Source: a virus | Lineage: Duplodnaviria; Caudoviricetes | Direction: 5' to 3' (one strand) | IMG/VR virus record: IMGVR_UViG_3300002092_000122 | Span: 1 to 33,798 of that record | DNA: 33,798 nucleotides | Shown: positions 1 to 8,806 of the stretch, piece after piece | Layout: every line of letters begins with the position of its first letter | Numbering within the stretch: position 1 is the stretch's first letter | Translations under genes and position numbers: made by a program | The notes under the pieces: model-generated | The model's database searches: none | What the model saw: the letters and a program-made list of their open reading frames with translations, nothing else | Told to the model about the DNA's origin: nothing

Positions 1-290
1 AAGCCGCTAAAGCAAAACTCAATCAAGAGCAAGCCAATCGGGGTGGTGTTGGTGGTCAGCAAACGGCAAACAGTTTGGCAAATATCTACCAAGGTTTGTT
101 AAACAATCAATACACTTACGGTTTACAAGTCCTCCAAATCGGGGATAACTATGCTGTGGGTGCGATTAAAACCGGTTTGCAATTGGATCAAACTTTGAAT
201 ACGGCAACAACCAATTTTTACACCAATCTTGCTAGTATTTTAGCCGGTGGCGGTGGTGGATTTGGCGGTAATGCAACTAGGACAGTTTAA
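1..290 (+). CDS. 5'-truncated internal virion (ejection/pilot) protein, C-terminal part
   Basis: Frame is open from base 3 (AAKAKLNQEQANRGGVGGQQTANSLANIY...), so the track's start at 75 is probably not the true start. Gln/Asn/Gly-rich and directly upstream of the other internal-virion genes. Confidence 0.6.
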   Translation, partial: AAKAKLNQEQANRGGVGGQQTANSLANIYQGLLNNQYTYGLQVLQIGDNYAVGAIKTGLQLDQTLNTATTNFYTNLASILAGGGGGFGGNATRTV

Positions 291-292
291 TT

Positions 293-1639
293 ATGGCTGA
301 TACTCAACCCGTACCAACAGACAACAAACTAGCCGATCCATTGAATTTGAATATCGGCAAGATGCCGAAATACTTTCAACAGGAACTAGCGGCGGATCGT
401 GCCGCCAATCAAGCCAAACTTGAGGCGGAAGATTTAACCAAAACGGCAAACTTAACCGAAAAGAAAAAGGTTTTGGAAGCCGATGCCGGTGCCGCAAAAG
501 AAAAGTACGCACAAGTCGAATCGGAAATGAAACCCGAGCCAAGATTTAATCCTACTCAAGATACGGGAATGGATCTAGGCGGTTTATTCAGCATGATTGC
601 AACAATGGGCGTGGCTTTGGGCGGATCCGGTAAGTTATCGGCTATCAATTCCCTCAATGCAATGGGCGGTATGCTTAAGGGGTGGCAGTCTGGTCGCAAG
701 GATTTGTTTGAACGTGAGCAAAAAACGTTTGACAAGGAAATGGCTAGTATCAAATACCATAACGAAAATCTTGTTAATGAGTTAAAGCGTTGGAATGAAT
801 TGCGGGTAAGCAATAAAGAAGCGGCTTTAGCTGAAGGCGAATTATTGGCTACCAAGTATCCAGGCGTATTGGCATCTAAAATTCGTGCCGGTGATACGGC
901 GGCATTGGCGGATATATCCAAAAGATTGTCGGATATGAATGTCAAAATAACCGAAGCCTCGATTAAACATGGATTAAGCAAAGGCGGTAAAAACTATTTA
1001 GAGGATTATTTCCCTGGTATTCAGTTTACCGGCACGCCATCCCAAAATGAGGAAAAGCGTAACGCCATTAACACCGGTGCATTGTCATTGGCAACGGCGG
1101 AAGATTTAAAGAAATACGCCAAAGAGCATCCAGATCAATTGGGTCGGCATGGTCAAGTTGCTCAAAACGTGGACAGATACATTAAATCCCTAAAGTCCGG
1201 TGAATCATTGGATGGTATAGATGATGGCGGTCAACCCGCTTTAATTTTTGCCAAGCGTTATGCCGCTTATTTGGTTGGTTATGAACGTACTCTTGCCGGT
1301 AGCAATCGAGGCATGACGGTGCAATTCCAAAATCGGTTTAATAATTTAATGGGTCAAAACCAATTCAATGCTCAAGGTTTCGAGCAGTTGATGAACGAGC
1401 AAATGAATGAGGTTGCTAGAGCCGTTTCCGCAAAAGATCCCGCCATTAAAGGTCAATCATTACTTAATTACGGGCATGATATTTACCGTAATGCGGAATT
1501 GGATTTTGGTAAAGAAAACAAACCCAAGTCTGAAGAAAAAGCCAAAGCACCTCAATCGGCTATTGACCATTTAAAAGCCAATCCAGAATTAAAAGAACAA
1601 TTTAAAGCAAAGTACGGCTATTTACCTGAGGGTGTGTAA
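293..1639 (+). CDS. putative internal virion / DNA ejection protein
   Basis: 448 aa, helical, with a Gly-rich hydrophobic stretch (LGGLFSMIATMGVALGG). Podovirus ejection-protein position. Confidence 0.55.
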   Translation: MADTQPVPTDNKLADPLNLNIGKMPKYFQQELAADRAANQAKLEAEDLTKTANLTEKKKVLEADAGAAKEKYAQVESEMKPEPRFNPTQDTGMDLGGLFSMIATMGVALGGSGKLSAINSLNAMGGMLKGWQSGRKDLFEREQKTFDKEMASIKYHNENLVNELKRWNELRVSNKEAALAEGELLATKYPGVLASKIRAGDTAALADISKRLSDMNVKITEASIKHGLSKGGKNYLEDYFPGIQFTGTPSQNEEKRNAINTGALSLATAEDLKKYAKEHPDQLGRHGQVAQNVDRYIKSLKSGESLDGIDDGGQPALIFAKRYAAYLVGYERTLAGSNRGMTVQFQNRFNNLMGQNQFNAQGFEQLMNEQMNEVARAVSAKDPAIKGQSLLNYGHDIYRNAELDFGKENKPKSEEKAKAPQSAIDHLKANPELKEQFKAKYGYLPEGV

Positions 1640-3426
1640 TGGCTGATAACGTATTTGACCAATTTGACGAGCCAAAAACAAAAGAAAATCCTTTTGATAA
1701 ATTTGATGGCGGTCATACTACTGAGCCTGTTATCGGTGAAGGTGGTGCGGCTTTTGGCGTTTATCCTGAAAATCTACCAAAACGGGAAAAGGGTTACGCA
1801 TCCGGCGTAGTAAGTGGATTGACCGGAGAAAAAGGTCCATCCCTCATGCAACAAACGGAAAATGCCAAGCAGTTTAGAAAAGGTCAAGAGGTTGGTGAGC
1901 CGGTAGGTTTGGGCGTTGATTTGGCTATGACTGCCGTACCGGTTGCAAAAGCCGGAGGTGCCGCAATAAAAGGCGGAAAAACATTAGCCGATTGGTTATC
2001 TCTAGGAAAAACATCACGCAGTTTGGCTGAAGATTTACGATCAACGGGAACCAAAACTGCCGGATCCATTGCCAAAACTAGCGGTGCTGAAATGACTGCC
2101 GCCGAGCAACGTGCTGCCATAGCGAGAACGGCTCAAGAAAAGGCGGAAAGAGGCTCAGAAGGCTCTTTAAGACCGTTATCAGGTGTTAGTACCGAAATGG
2201 AAGCGGGGCGTTTTAAACCCGTTGCACAAACAGAACAAGATATTGGTACCCGCATTAAAGATAGCGCCGATAAAACCCGAGAATCTTTAAAAGCAAAACG
2301 GGATGCCAATGCTAAAGAATTAAAACAAAAGGCATTTGGAGAGGCGTATCGTAAAGAATCAACAGGACAAGATATTTCAAGCACAAAAGCCTATAAAAAT
2401 GCTTTAGAAGAAATTGATAAGATGATTAAAAATCCAACTACCGGATTATCCAATGCGCCGGTTGTTGAAATTGAATCCCAATTAAAGAAAATTCGAGGCA
2501 TGTTGGATCGCCGTTATGTGAACCCGTTGGATGGCGAAGTGATTGTTAGACCCAAAGCAAGTTTTGAAGGTTTGGAAGGTGCAAGGCGTTTTTTACGTGA
2601 TCGGTCTTTTGGTGTACCCGCAGAAGGTTACGATGCTATTAGTCAGCAAATAGCGGGAAGATTGGCAGATAAAATTGAAGCAATTATGGTGGAATTTTCA
2701 CCAGACATTAAAACATTTCTTAATCAATACAAAAAAGATTCGGAGCCGTTGCGTGTATTCCAAAGCAAGGTTGGAAAAGCATTAACAGGAGAGCAATTGC
2801 AAGGCACCGGATCCAATTTTGCTACCGTAAATGCTCAAGATATTCCCAAAAAAGTATTTGGCTCGAGAGAAAATTACGATGCCTTGATAGACGCATTTGG
2901 TGGGAATAAACAATTGGCAGAAGCAGAAGCTAAAAAATACTTTGCAAGCCAATTGGAGGGTGTTAAATCCGCTAAAGATGTTGAAAATTTTATTCGCAAA
3001 AATCGGGCTATGCTTAAAGAAACAAACGCATTACCAATGGCTGAAAAATACGCTACCGATTTGCGTAAATTTGAGAATCGGGCTACTTCAGCTAAAGATA
3101 TTGCTAAATCAGAAACCAAAACGGCGGAACAAAAAGCCCAATTGACAAACGATTACATGACTTTTGAATCGAATTTGGAAATAGCCGCCAATGATCCGGC
3201 TAAGATTGTTTCAACAAGTCAACAGTTTGCTAAAAAGATGCTTGCCGATGGGAAAATTACTCAAGCAGAATACAGAGAATTGGCTACGCAAATTGACAAA
3301 GTTAAAACGATGTCTAAAGATGCTGAAGCCATGAAAAACCAATTGAAAACCCTAACATTTAGGGCATTGGGATTTGGTTTAGTTTCCGCAGTTGGTGGTT
3401 ATGCCGTTGGGGAGGCTTTAAAGTGA
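1639..3426 (+). CDS. putative internal virion / DNA ejection protein
   Basis: 595 aa. N-terminal NVFDQFD/NPFDKFD motifs are typical of injected proteins, and the C-terminus is Gly-rich and hydrophobic. TAATG-coupled to the previous gene. Confidence 0.6.
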   Translation: MADNVFDQFDEPKTKENPFDKFDGGHTTEPVIGEGGAAFGVYPENLPKREKGYASGVVSGLTGEKGPSLMQQTENAKQFRKGQEVGEPVGLGVDLAMTAVPVAKAGGAAIKGGKTLADWLSLGKTSRSLAEDLRSTGTKTAGSIAKTSGAEMTAAEQRAAIARTAQEKAERGSEGSLRPLSGVSTEMEAGRFKPVAQTEQDIGTRIKDSADKTRESLKAKRDANAKELKQKAFGEAYRKESTGQDISSTKAYKNALEEIDKMIKNPTTGLSNAPVVEIESQLKKIRGMLDRRYVNPLDGEVIVRPKASFEGLEGARRFLRDRSFGVPAEGYDAISQQIAGRLADKIEAIMVEFSPDIKTFLNQYKKDSEPLRVFQSKVGKALTGEQLQGTGSNFATVNAQDIPKKVFGSRENYDALIDAFGGNKQLAEAEAKKYFASQLEGVKSAKDVENFIRKNRAMLKETNALPMAEKYATDLRKFENRATSAKDIAKSETKTAEQKAQLTNDYMTFESNLEIAANDPAKIVSTSQQFAKKMLADGKITQAEYRELATQIDKVKTMSKDAEAMKNQLKTLTFRALGFGLVSAVGGYAVGEALK

Positions 3427-3635
3427 GCAAAAAAGAAAAAGGCGTTAATCCCCAACTAAAAGAAGCCGTTTCCAAACTGCTAACTGAAGTGATGGCAGAT
3501 GAAAAAGCCTCATTAACCGACAAATGCAAGGTAATTGACCGGATGATTGGTATTGAAAAGCTAGAGCAGAAAATTTCCGATGAGGAATGGGGCTCTGGTT
3601 TTGGTACTCTTGATGATAAAGACGAGCAAGGTTAA
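3423..3635 (+). CDS. hypothetical protein (weak small-terminase candidate)
   Basis: 70 aa helical protein, GTGA overlap, GGAGG upstream. Confidence 0.5.
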   Translation: MSKKEKGVNPQLKEAVSKLLTEVMADEKASLTDKCKVIDRMIGIEKLEQKISDEEWGSGFGTLDDKDEQG

Positions 3636-3669
3636 ACTATGATCTTCATTAACTCATTAGGGGATAGAT

Positions 3670-3897
3670 ATGGAAGCAGTAGCCTTGGTACGCCTAGCGT
3701 TAGGGGTCATTACAGACCGGTTGATAACGATTCTGTCTTTAATAGCCTCAAGTGTAATGTGCGGGTGGACCATGTGGGATCCCAAATGGGAAAGAGTGGT
3801 AACACTAGCGATATTCGTGGTTTTTTGTTACCTTATAGTCAATGTGAAAGAGAGAAAGCGCAATGAAAACCAAACTGAACAAGGATCACAAGAGTAA
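3670..3897 (+). CDS. small two-TM membrane protein
   Basis: Two hydrophobic segments and a basic tail. AGGGGA RBS upstream. Confidence 0.6.
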   Translation: MEAVALVRLALGVITDRLITILSLIASSVMCGWTMWDPKWERVVTLAIFVVFCYLIVNVKERKRNENQTEQGSQE

Positions 3898-4072
3898 TCA
3901 GCAAGATCCTACCGCCGTAAGACCTCAATTGCCTCGTGATGGTAGCAAGGACCATAAGCAATGGACACCTGGCACAATGCCAAAAGGCGGGTTTACCGCA
4001 GTATGGGATTTTAGCGACAACCGCAGTAACAAGTTATCGCCAACTACCAAACCCCAAAAAGGGAAACTGTAA
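3863..4072 (+). CDS. hypothetical basic protein
   Basis: 69 aa, TAATG-coupled to the next gene. Confidence 0.55.
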   Translation: MKTKLNKDHKSNQQDPTAVRPQLPRDGSKDHKQWTPGTMPKGGFTAVWDFSDNRSNKLSPTTKPQKGKL

Positions 4073-4413
4073 TGGCAAACAATATCGCATTTCAGCCGAT
4101 GGGAAAAACGGTAAAAATTACCGCCGCATCAGCAAATACAGAATCCAATATCGTTGTTATTAAATCCGATAGCCCCGCAAACCAATACTCGCTAACCAAT
4201 GACGGTAACGCAACGGTTTACATTGGTTTATCCGCCACCACGCCATTTAATATCGCTTTGCCAGACACGGCTAGTGGCTATGTAATACCGGTAATTGCCA
4301 ATTCAACCCGCATTATTACGTCAATTCAAACCGGATTTAATAATGTGTACGCCAAAATCATTACCGATGGTGGCAATGCGGATTTGTATGTAACACCAGG
4401 CGAAGGGCTTTAA
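4072..4413 (+). CDS. putative beta-rich virion protein, paralog of 30694..31023
   Basis: Shares AFQxxGxTV, NQYxxxNxG and a terminal YxTPG(E/D)G(L/V) with 30694..31023. Confidence 0.65.
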   Translation: MANNIAFQPMGKTVKITAASANTESNIVVIKSDSPANQYSLTNDGNATVYIGLSATTPFNIALPDTASGYVIPVIANSTRIITSIQTGFNNVYAKIITDGGNADLYVTPGEGL

Positions 4414-4414
4414 A

Positions 4415-4816
4415 ATGGCACTCGATCCGGTAACTGCCGGTATAGACCTTGTTTCAACGGTTATTAGCCGGATATTCCCTGATAAAACGGAAGAAGAAAA
4501 GGCGCAACTTTCAGCCACTTTAGCCGTAGTACAAGGGCAACTATCAATCAATCAAGCGGAAGCCGCCAATACTAGCGTATTCGTGTCTGGATGGAGACCT
4601 TTTATTGGTTGGGTATGCGGGGTAGCTTGTGCATGGAATTGGATTGGGATACCGATTGCAAATTTCCTCATGGTGTTTGCTAGATTGTGGTTTACATTTC
4701 CAGATTTTGCATTGTCGCAAGCCGATATATCAGAAATGATGCCAATTCTTATGGGGATGCTTGGGCTCGGCGGACTTCGGACCGTAGAAAAAATACAGGG
4801 CGTTGCCGCTAAATGA
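4415..4816 (+). CDS. holin (3-TM, GTA-holin-like family)
   Basis: FVSGWRPFIGWVC motif, C-terminal LGLGGLRTVEK, adjacent to the lysin candidate. Confidence 0.8.
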   Translation: MALDPVTAGIDLVSTVISRIFPDKTEEEKAQLSATLAVVQGQLSINQAEAANTSVFVSGWRPFIGWVCGVACAWNWIGIPIANFLMVFARLWFTFPDFALSQADISEMMPILMGMLGLGGLRTVEKIQGVAAK

Positions 4817-5241
4817 AAATTGAAGTCAAGCGCATCTTTTTTGGGGAAAACTTTACCATTGGTGAAATGTACATTGATGGCGAAAAGAAATGCTATACCC
4901 TTGAGGATAAGGTACGGCAAATTGACGGTGAGCCCGTAGCCAATTGGAAAGTATTTGGGGAAACGGCAATTCCTACCGGTGCTTATCCCGTAACCATTAC
5001 CTTTTCAAACCATTTTCAAAAGAATCTGCCTCAAATATGCAACGTGGAAGGATTTGAAGGCGTAAGGATTCATCCTGGAAATAGCGACAAGGATACCGAA
5101 GGATGTATTTTGGTAGCCGATACGTGGGATGGGAAAAGCGATTGGGTGGGCGGCTCGGTCAATGCGTTTAACCGCATATTCCCCTCCATTCAAGCCGCCG
5201 CCGAAGATGGCATTACGATTGATGTAAACAATGCCGGATGA
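4813..5241 (+). CDS. DUF5675-family protein, putative endolysin (L,D-transpeptidase-like)
   Basis: TIGEM..CYTLED..TAIPTGAY..VRIHPGN..DTEGCILV His/Cys motif. Follows the holin. Confidence 0.75.
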   Translation: MKIEVKRIFFGENFTIGEMYIDGEKKCYTLEDKVRQIDGEPVANWKVFGETAIPTGAYPVTITFSNHFQKNLPQICNVEGFEGVRIHPGNSDKDTEGCILVADTWDGKSDWVGGSVNAFNRIFPSIQAAAEDGITIDVNNAG

Positions 5242-5746
5242 CATACAAAATGATGAAGTAATCGGGCAAATGCTTTTTGATAAAGCAAAAACCGAATATC
5301 CGTATCTTGCAAATCAAGATATTGCATTTAAGTACACCCCTTCAGAAAATCCAGAATACATGCTTGAGCATTATCAAGGCGAGGACATTCCGGATTGGGG
5401 AAAGGGCAGAAAACAAGCTATTGAAGTGTTCAATACCAAAACAAGCCCATTGGATATTCTGGGGGATGCAGTAAGCCATTACGGTGTTAATTCCGATCCG
5501 CAATTACAGGCTTTGTACCAACAGTTTTCCGGTCAATTGGATCCGGCAATGATGCAACAACGGTATCAATATCATGCTGACAATTTAGGGGAAAAACGCC
5601 CTTACGATCAATGGTATCAATCTACCGGACTTCCTGAAATGTTTAGGGGTTATACATTTAACCAATGGGATAATGCTAAATCCATGTACACCCCCGAACA
5701 ATTGCAAACATTGGATGCAGTTCGTTCTTACTTAAAAATCAAGTAA
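5231..5746 (+). CDS. hypothetical protein
   Basis: 171 aa, last + strand gene, converging on the early arm. Confidence 0.65.
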   Translation: MPDDIQNDEVIGQMLFDKAKTEYPYLANQDIAFKYTPSENPEYMLEHYQGEDIPDWGKGRKQAIEVFNTKTSPLDILGDAVSHYGVNSDPQLQALYQQFSGQLDPAMMQQRYQYHADNLGEKRPYDQWYQSTGLPEMFRGYTFNQWDNAKSMYTPEQLQTLDAVRSYLKIK

Positions 5747-6473
5747 ACCACTCGCAATAATCATATACCGCTTGATTGCAAATAGATTCTTGCATTGGTG
5801 TAGTGGCTAGAATATCAAAATACCACATGGTTATGTCACTATGCCCCCGTTTCATGCGCCAAATGTAATCCATCATTTGCCGTATCTGGTGTACGTTGTT
5901 GGTTTTGCAAACAAACTCACCAAAATTATCAAATAGATAAAAAGCTGTATAGCCCTTAGTCATTAAAAACTCGGGTATCTGGATGAATTGCGTGTACTGT
6001 TCTTGATTTCGATAATCCGCCTCAAAATAAATCAATGGCGTAATCTTGTAGGAAAAACTCCGCAATATATCCCAATCAAAACCATCCGTATCGGTCTTAA
6101 TGAGGCTTGTATCGTTCAATAACTCATGCGTAAAAAGGGTGTCCATTGGCACACCTACCCTACCGATTTTGCCTCTGAAAGTATCAATTTGCGCTTTTGG
6201 AAACACATTTAGAAGTTCACCTTTATTGTGTTCCAAAATGTCGTAAACCTTCTGTTCCATTTCACAACACAAAAACTTCAATTCGGGGTTATTGGCAAGC
6301 ATGGCGGCAAGTAGCAGACCGCAATTGGATCCAATGTCCACTATTCGCCCATTAAGGTACTTTGCAAAAAACGGTAAGAATCTATCGTACAGTTTGTGCT
6401 TTTGCTGATAGTGGGGTATTAGATTGCCGTTGTTTACCTTTAGTTTTAGGTCTGCTATCTCCATGTTACGCAC
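5739..6473 (-). CDS. FkbM-family SAM-dependent methyltransferase
   Basis: IVDIGSNCG (motif I), LIKTDTDGFD and IYFE motifs. Confidence 0.75.
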   Translation of the reverse strand: MRNMEIADLKLKVNNGNLIPHYQQKHKLYDRFLPFFAKYLNGRIVDIGSNCGLLLAAMLANNPELKFLCCEMEQKVYDILEHNKGELLNVFPKAQIDTFRGKIGRVGVPMDTLFTHELLNDTSLIKTDTDGFDWDILRSFSYKITPLIYFEADYRNQEQYTQFIQIPEFLMTKGYTAFYLFDNFGEFVCKTNNVHQIRQMMDYIWRMKRGHSDITMWYFDILATTPMQESICNQAVYDYCEWFT

Positions 6474-7221
6474 TCGGGGTTAGTTGACCTTCAAACGCAT
6501 ACGTGCCAACATGGGCAAATTGCGCCCAAGGTGCCGCATACACTTTACCCCCCGCTTTACGCCAAATGTAGCAAAAATGGTAATCTTCCGATAACAGGCG
6601 ATTCGTTTCCGGCTCAATGGAAGTAGCAAAATACTCTTTAATAACTTCCTTATTTTGAATCGTGCCGCTTAAATCCATTACGTCATTACTGTATGACGGT
6701 ACCAAATCCGCTAATTTCTCAAACACTTCCCGCTTAATCAGCATGAATCCGGTACCGGCATTGAATATCTCTGCCGGTTGATTTACGGGTACTTGCACTT
6801 CACCCTGATACCCCACCAAATTGACAACAAATGAGCCGGTATGGTATTTGAGTTGGTCATTGGGTACACCGTTCTCCATTGCCTTTTTAACCGTATCCCA
6901 ATTGATTTCCTTTTTAGGGTACACCCCGCCGATTACATCAACATCAGCATCTATCATGGGGAATACGTCTTGAGGTCTAAACCGTATGTCTGAATCTATA
7001 AACATAAGGTGCGTAGAATCCGACTTGAGAAAGGCGTGAGCCAATGAGTTACGGGCTCGGGTAATCAAACTCTCGTTAAACATGAAACTGTACGCCGCAT
7101 CAATGCCGGATTTTTGAAACAGATTATTCAATTCTAAAATGGATTGTGCGTAGTAACCATGACACATTCCGCCGTACATTGGTGTAGCAATAAAAATCTT
7201 CTTTTTTTTCGTTTCCATCAA
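6466..7221 (-). CDS. GT-A fold glycosyltransferase-like protein
   Basis: IFIATPMYGG, ESLITRARN, FIDSDI (DxD), GTGFMLIKR and LSEDYHFC motifs. Confidence 0.75.
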   Translation of the reverse strand: MMETKKKKIFIATPMYGGMCHGYYAQSILELNNLFQKSGIDAAYSFMFNESLITRARNSLAHAFLKSDSTHLMFIDSDIRFRPQDVFPMIDADVDVIGGVYPKKEINWDTVKKAMENGVPNDQLKYHTGSFVVNLVGYQGEVQVPVNQPAEIFNAGTGFMLIKREVFEKLADLVPSYSNDVMDLSGTIQNKEVIKEYFATSIEPETNRLLSEDYHFCYIWRKAGGKVYAAPWAQFAHVGTYAFEGQLTPSA

Positions 7222-7233
7222 AATCCCCTTTAG

Positions 7234-7353
7234 TTAAAAATCGAATGGTACTACATGGATGCCCTTTGCCGTTATTTTGACAATTTGATATGCGCTTCCC
7301 CGCCTTAAAAAAAAACGACTTTTCCATCGTTTCCAAATGCTTACATTAACCAT
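7234..7353 (-). CDS. 39-aa micro-ORF MVNVSIWKRWKSRFFLRRGSAYQIVKITAKGIHVVPFDF
   Basis: Translated by hand. Fills the gap between the HNH and GT genes, start overlaps the HNH stop, and its N-terminal part is duplicated at 7831-7863. Confidence 0.55.
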   Translation of the reverse strand: MVNVSIWKRWKSRFFLRRGSAYQIVKITAKGIHVVPFDF

Positions 7354-7863
7354 GATTTGCAAACTCCCCATGATATTTATTTCGTGCTTCAATAGCTACT
7401 AATTCAGCAAGTTCAAAATCTGAATATCTCCCAAAACTTAACTTTACTGAATTTAGCCTTAATTCAACCTTCCATTTATTGTTTAATTTATCAAACCAAA
7501 GACCTTTAACACCTGAAGTATTTGTTTTAAAAAGTTTTGCATTTCTGGAATTTTCGCTTGCATTACATTTTCTTAAATTTTCAATTCGATTATCTGATCT
7601 ATTGCCGTTGATATGATCTAAATACTTAGGCAAGTATCCATAGTGCATAAGGAAAATAATTCTATGAGCCCTATACGATGACCTATTAAAACCAACGTTT
7701 ACATATCCATATTTACCAAGATAACCGGCAATTAATCCTATTCTTATTTTTTTGTTTGGCGATACTTTCCAAAACAAAATTCCATTGCGATATTCAAATA
7801 ATTCTTTAGTTTGTGCTTGATTTATCATAAGCTCCCCCGCCCCAAGAAAAATCGGTTTTTCCA
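7294..7863 (-). repeat. imperfect 33-bp direct repeat flanking the HNH gene (7831-7863 and 7294-7326)
   Basis: TGGAAAAACCGATTTTTCTTGGGGCGGGGGAGC vs TGGAAAAGTCGTTTTTTTTTAAGGCGGGGAAGC, 26/33 identical. Confidence 0.75.
7346..7828 (-). CDS. HNH homing endonuclease with AP2-like C-terminal domain
   Basis: AHRIIF..LDHINGNRSDNRIENLR..NTSGVKG..HGEFA. Likely start is ATG 7828 with a GGGGGAG RBS. Markedly AT-rich relative to its flanks. Confidence 0.9.
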   Translation of the reverse strand: MINQAQTKELFEYRNGILFWKVSPNKKIRIGLIAGYLGKYGYVNVGFNRSSYRAHRIIFLMHYGYLPKYLDHINGNRSDNRIENLRKCNASENSRNAKLFKTNTSGVKGLWFDKLNNKWKVELRLNSVKLSFGRYSDFELAELVAIEARNKYHGEFANHG

Positions 7864-7868
7864 GAATT

Positions 7869-8426
7869 TCATAATGGCGTAAACCCGCTTTTTCGCCAAG
7901 GCGTAAACGCAAATGTCGCCTGATACGGATTGGGTTTGGGGTTGACGTTGGAATCGGCTAATGCGTGGATATTCCAACCGTAATTGGACATAGTGCAAGT
8001 ACCATCCCCGTTATCGGTAATCGTGGTTTGTTGAAACAGACCGGCGGCATATACGGTTCGGATACCGGCAATACCATGAACGCCATCGGCAATATCGTTA
8101 TTTCCTTCAACGGTTACAGGGCTATTCCCATCAATGTAGCGCACACAATAACCGTATAAAGGATTGCGATAGAGCCATTTAACCATTGACCAATAACTCT
8201 CGCCATTGACAGTCCTAAACGTATCGTCACCCCACAATGAATTGTCTGGTGTTTGAAACCAGGATAACCACTTAGGCAATCTAGGTTCGTTTAACAACCA
8301 TTTACCATTATTTGTTAATCCAATTTGCATTGTTGCAAATACCGGCAACAACCAACAAAATAAATACGCAATTACCGTAAATATCGCACACCAGAACGCT
8401 AACCACCTGTATTGATTATTCATCAT
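7869..8426 (-). CDS. hypothetical membrane-anchored phage protein
   Basis: N-terminal TM segment and WLSWFQTPDN..GD..WLYRNP motif. Confidence 0.7.
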   Translation of the reverse strand: MMNNQYRWLAFWCAIFTVIAYLFCWLLPVFATMQIGLTNNGKWLLNEPRLPKWLSWFQTPDNSLWGDDTFRTVNGESYWSMVKWLYRNPLYGYCVRYIDGNSPVTVEGNNDIADGVHGIAGIRTVYAAGLFQQTTITDNGDGTCTMSNYGWNIHALADSNVNPKPNPYQATFAFTPWRKSGFTPL

Positions 8427-8806
8427 TCTCTTGCCTTTCTTAGTTCATCCCTTAACTGAATAATTGTTTCAATAGCTACTGTATAAACATCAATCCATCT
8501 TTTAGGGTCAAAAGACTTTTGGCGTAATTCATGCACAACGGAATCTATTTCCTCAACCGTTAATTCACGCATAGGGTGGGTGTAGAGAGGTGTTACATAA
8601 TTTTCCACTTGTGAAGGTCTAACCTTTAGCCATATTTCACGAACCCTTTTTGAAATGAAATCCACTCCATTTTTGTGCATCCAAGCATCAGGCTCTTGCT
8701 TTTCCTCTGTTTGTGGGGTTTGCAATAATCCGTCAAAATCGTGGCATTGTGGCATTCCACCCATAGCGCAACTGCATAAATCTAATTCACATTTTTTCAT
8801 CTTCAT
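8423..8806 (-). CDS. hypothetical protein
   Basis: Cys-rich N-terminus and EPDAWM..TPLYTHP..ELT motif common in phage accessory proteins. Start probably near 8803-8806 by coupling to the upstream stop. Confidence 0.55.
   Translation of the reverse strand: MKMKKCELDLCSCAMGGMPQCHDFDGLLQTPQTEEKQEPDAWMHKNGVDFISKRVREIWLKVRPSQVENYVTPLYTHPMRELTVEEIDSVVHELRQKSFDPKRWIDVYTVAIETIIQLRDELRKARE

Noticed and set aside
3639-3866. 75-aa ORF overlapping 3670..3897
   Set aside because: The other frame has the better RBS and a coherent two-TM protein.
7234-7872. Group I intron around the HNH gene
   Set aside because: Flanks are too short and coding, and no intron core elements are visible.
7829-7912. N-terminal extension of the HNH ORF in the track
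   Set aside because: Overlaps the upstream gene. The RBS and ATGA coupling support ATG 7828.
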